NCBI GenBank assembly: GCA_029953675.1
Contig: JAMWBK010000001.1
Location: 2,294,001-2,358,000 of the forward strand
DNA from: Rhodosorus marinus CCMP1338
Lineage: Eukaryota > Plantae > Rhodophyta
DNA length: 64,000 nucleotides
Direction: 5' to 3'
In this document: positions 62,648 through 64,000 of the stretch, one piece after another
Numbering within the stretch: the stretch's first letter is position 1
How the letters are laid out: each line of letters starts with the position of its first letter
Made by a program: the position numbers and the translations under genes
The notes under the pieces: generated by a model
What the model was told of the DNA's origin: nothing
Database searches by the model: none
What the model saw: the letters and a program-made list of their open reading frames with translations, nothing else

Positions 62648-63478
62648 ATGAGGGTTTGTGGAATTGTTTCAGCGGCAATTGTCGCAGTGATTATTGCAAG
62701 TGTTACTGCAGATCACCACGGCAACTGCACGTTTTTGGATGATGTTCACTTCAAGTCGATCACCCATGGCCGTGGGAAGAGTGCTGGGGATTTAATCTAC
62801 TCGCTGGAGTTCTTTAGGAGTCTCCTTGGATCTCCAAACAACGGGAGTAGGAAGGGTCCAAAGTCAAAGGGCCACCGGTGGATCAACTGGGACGCTGAAG
62901 AGGTGCCGTTCAAGCTTCCGTACGACTACTTTAACTCCATCAGCCGACGGGGCCTAATTCTTGAGAGCAGGAAGAACAAGTTCCGAGTCAGCAGCCCCCC
63001 AGCGGTGCCTGGTGGAACAAAGGACAAGAGGTTCTCATCGATCAACCAGAAGGAATCAAAGAACTTCAAGACCTTCACGCGGAAGAGACTGTTCACTCCT
63101 GTCAAGGATAATGAGTTTGAGATAAAATTCAACATCCCCGGACGGAGCCAGCGCGCCGTTGTGCAGGGCTTTGGAGCCGTTTTCGTTGGTGTCGACGTAC
63201 CCGGGGTCACAAGGATGGTCGCGTACGACCGAGGGGGATGTATCTTGGCCGATAAATACGTTGAAACGTACCCGAATGGACTCTCCTTCCTCGGTTTTTA
63301 CTTTGACTCACCGATCATATGGAGCGTGAAGATTAGACTTGGAAACAAGGCAATTGATAAGTCCAAGTGCGGCCTCTCGTGCGGTGAAGACGTTGTAGTG
63401 ATGGACGACTTTCTATACGCCGAACCTATGGACCGCAGATATGGAGTACCAGGAGTTCGGGACAGGGACAGCGTGTAG
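62648..63478 (+). CDS. Secreted uncharacterised protein (INWD...DDFxYxEP family), paralog 2, ~276 aa, intronless
   Basis: Signal peptide MRVCGIVSAAIVAVIIASVTA. Shares FK(T/S)IxHG, FFRxLLG, GPKSKG.R.INWD, RG, DKRFS.(I/V)N.K.S.NFKTF..KRLFTP.K.N, GFG.VFV.V, GLSFLGFYF and DVVV.DDF.Y.EP with 55919-56671. Confidence 0.9.
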   Translation: MRVCGIVSAAIVAVIIASVTADHHGNCTFLDDVHFKSITHGRGKSAGDLIYSLEFFRSLLGSPNNGSRKGPKSKGHRWINWDAEEVPFKLPYDYFNSISRRGLILESRKNKFRVSSPPAVPGGTKDKRFSSINQKESKNFKTFTRKRLFTPVKDNEFEIKFNIPGRSQRAVVQGFGAVFVGVDVPGVTRMVAYDRGGCILADKYVETYPNGLSFLGFYFDSPIIWSVKIRLGNKAIDKSKCGLSCGEDVVVMDDFLYAEPMDRRYGVPGVRDRDSV

Positions 63479-64000
63479 AAAACTAGCACAGGGAGAAATA
63501 GTAGTAAAGGAACTTTCATACGGAAAACTTCGTCTTAATTGAGTCTTGGTCGGGTCCTGCACCGTTCCAAGCATCGCATCTTCGATTGATTTCCACGATC
63601 TGTGAACAAAGGCCTAGTCAGGCGGCCTTGGAAAAGGGAGAGCGTCGATTTTCCTTGGAATGGAGATCGTGATTCGCTTGAACCCATTCCTGGGAGAGCC
63701 CGCCCCTGGGAGAATTGCCATTTGTTCGATATCGTCGGAAGGAAGCGAGGAGAAAGCCTCCGAGGGGAGAAAGCAGAGGACGTCCACAATTGACAGGCAG
63801 GGAGTGAAATCGTATTCCAGAGATGTCAAAGATTCAGCGATGGAGATGGAGCTGTGGAAAGACAGGAGATATGTCAAAGTGGTTCTAGTTTCTGGAGCGC
63901 TTGGTGTACAAGCGGAACCTCTCAACTATTGTCGATTGAATTAGCATATTCAATCTAGGGTATTTATTTTCATTCCACCTAGGAATTCAGTCGAACGGTC

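Overview
Eukaryotic nuclear DNA, not prokaryotic. Most genes are split by short GT-AG introns (mostly about 60-150 nt) with CTAAC/CTGAC-like branch points, so the ORF track fragments nearly every gene. The gene content (nucleus-encoded plastid CtpA, plant-type cryptochrome, Hog/Hint proteins, short C2H2 protein of the HxRxVH type) points to an alga, most likely a red alga; this is inference. Housekeeping genes I can support: VAP/MSP protein, CtpA, NASP-like chaperone, WAPL-like protein, TRAPPC2, C2H2 zinc finger, cryptochrome, AP-3 mu and a PH-CAMK kinase. Four things stand out. (1) A 6.2-19.9 kb cluster of secreted proteins includes two convergent paralogs built as signal peptide + unassigned propeller-like domain + mucin-like stalk + Hedgehog-type Hint domain. 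(2) The same cluster holds a ~1275-aa bacterial-looking PQQ/GSDH dehydrogenase with Big_5 and NPCBM modules. (3) The cryptochrome splices in frame into a basic C-terminal domain resembling an RFX-type winged helix. (4) Two intronless, head-to-head secreted paralogs belong to an uncharacterised, bacterial-like family. All family assignments come from motif recognition by eye; no database search was run.
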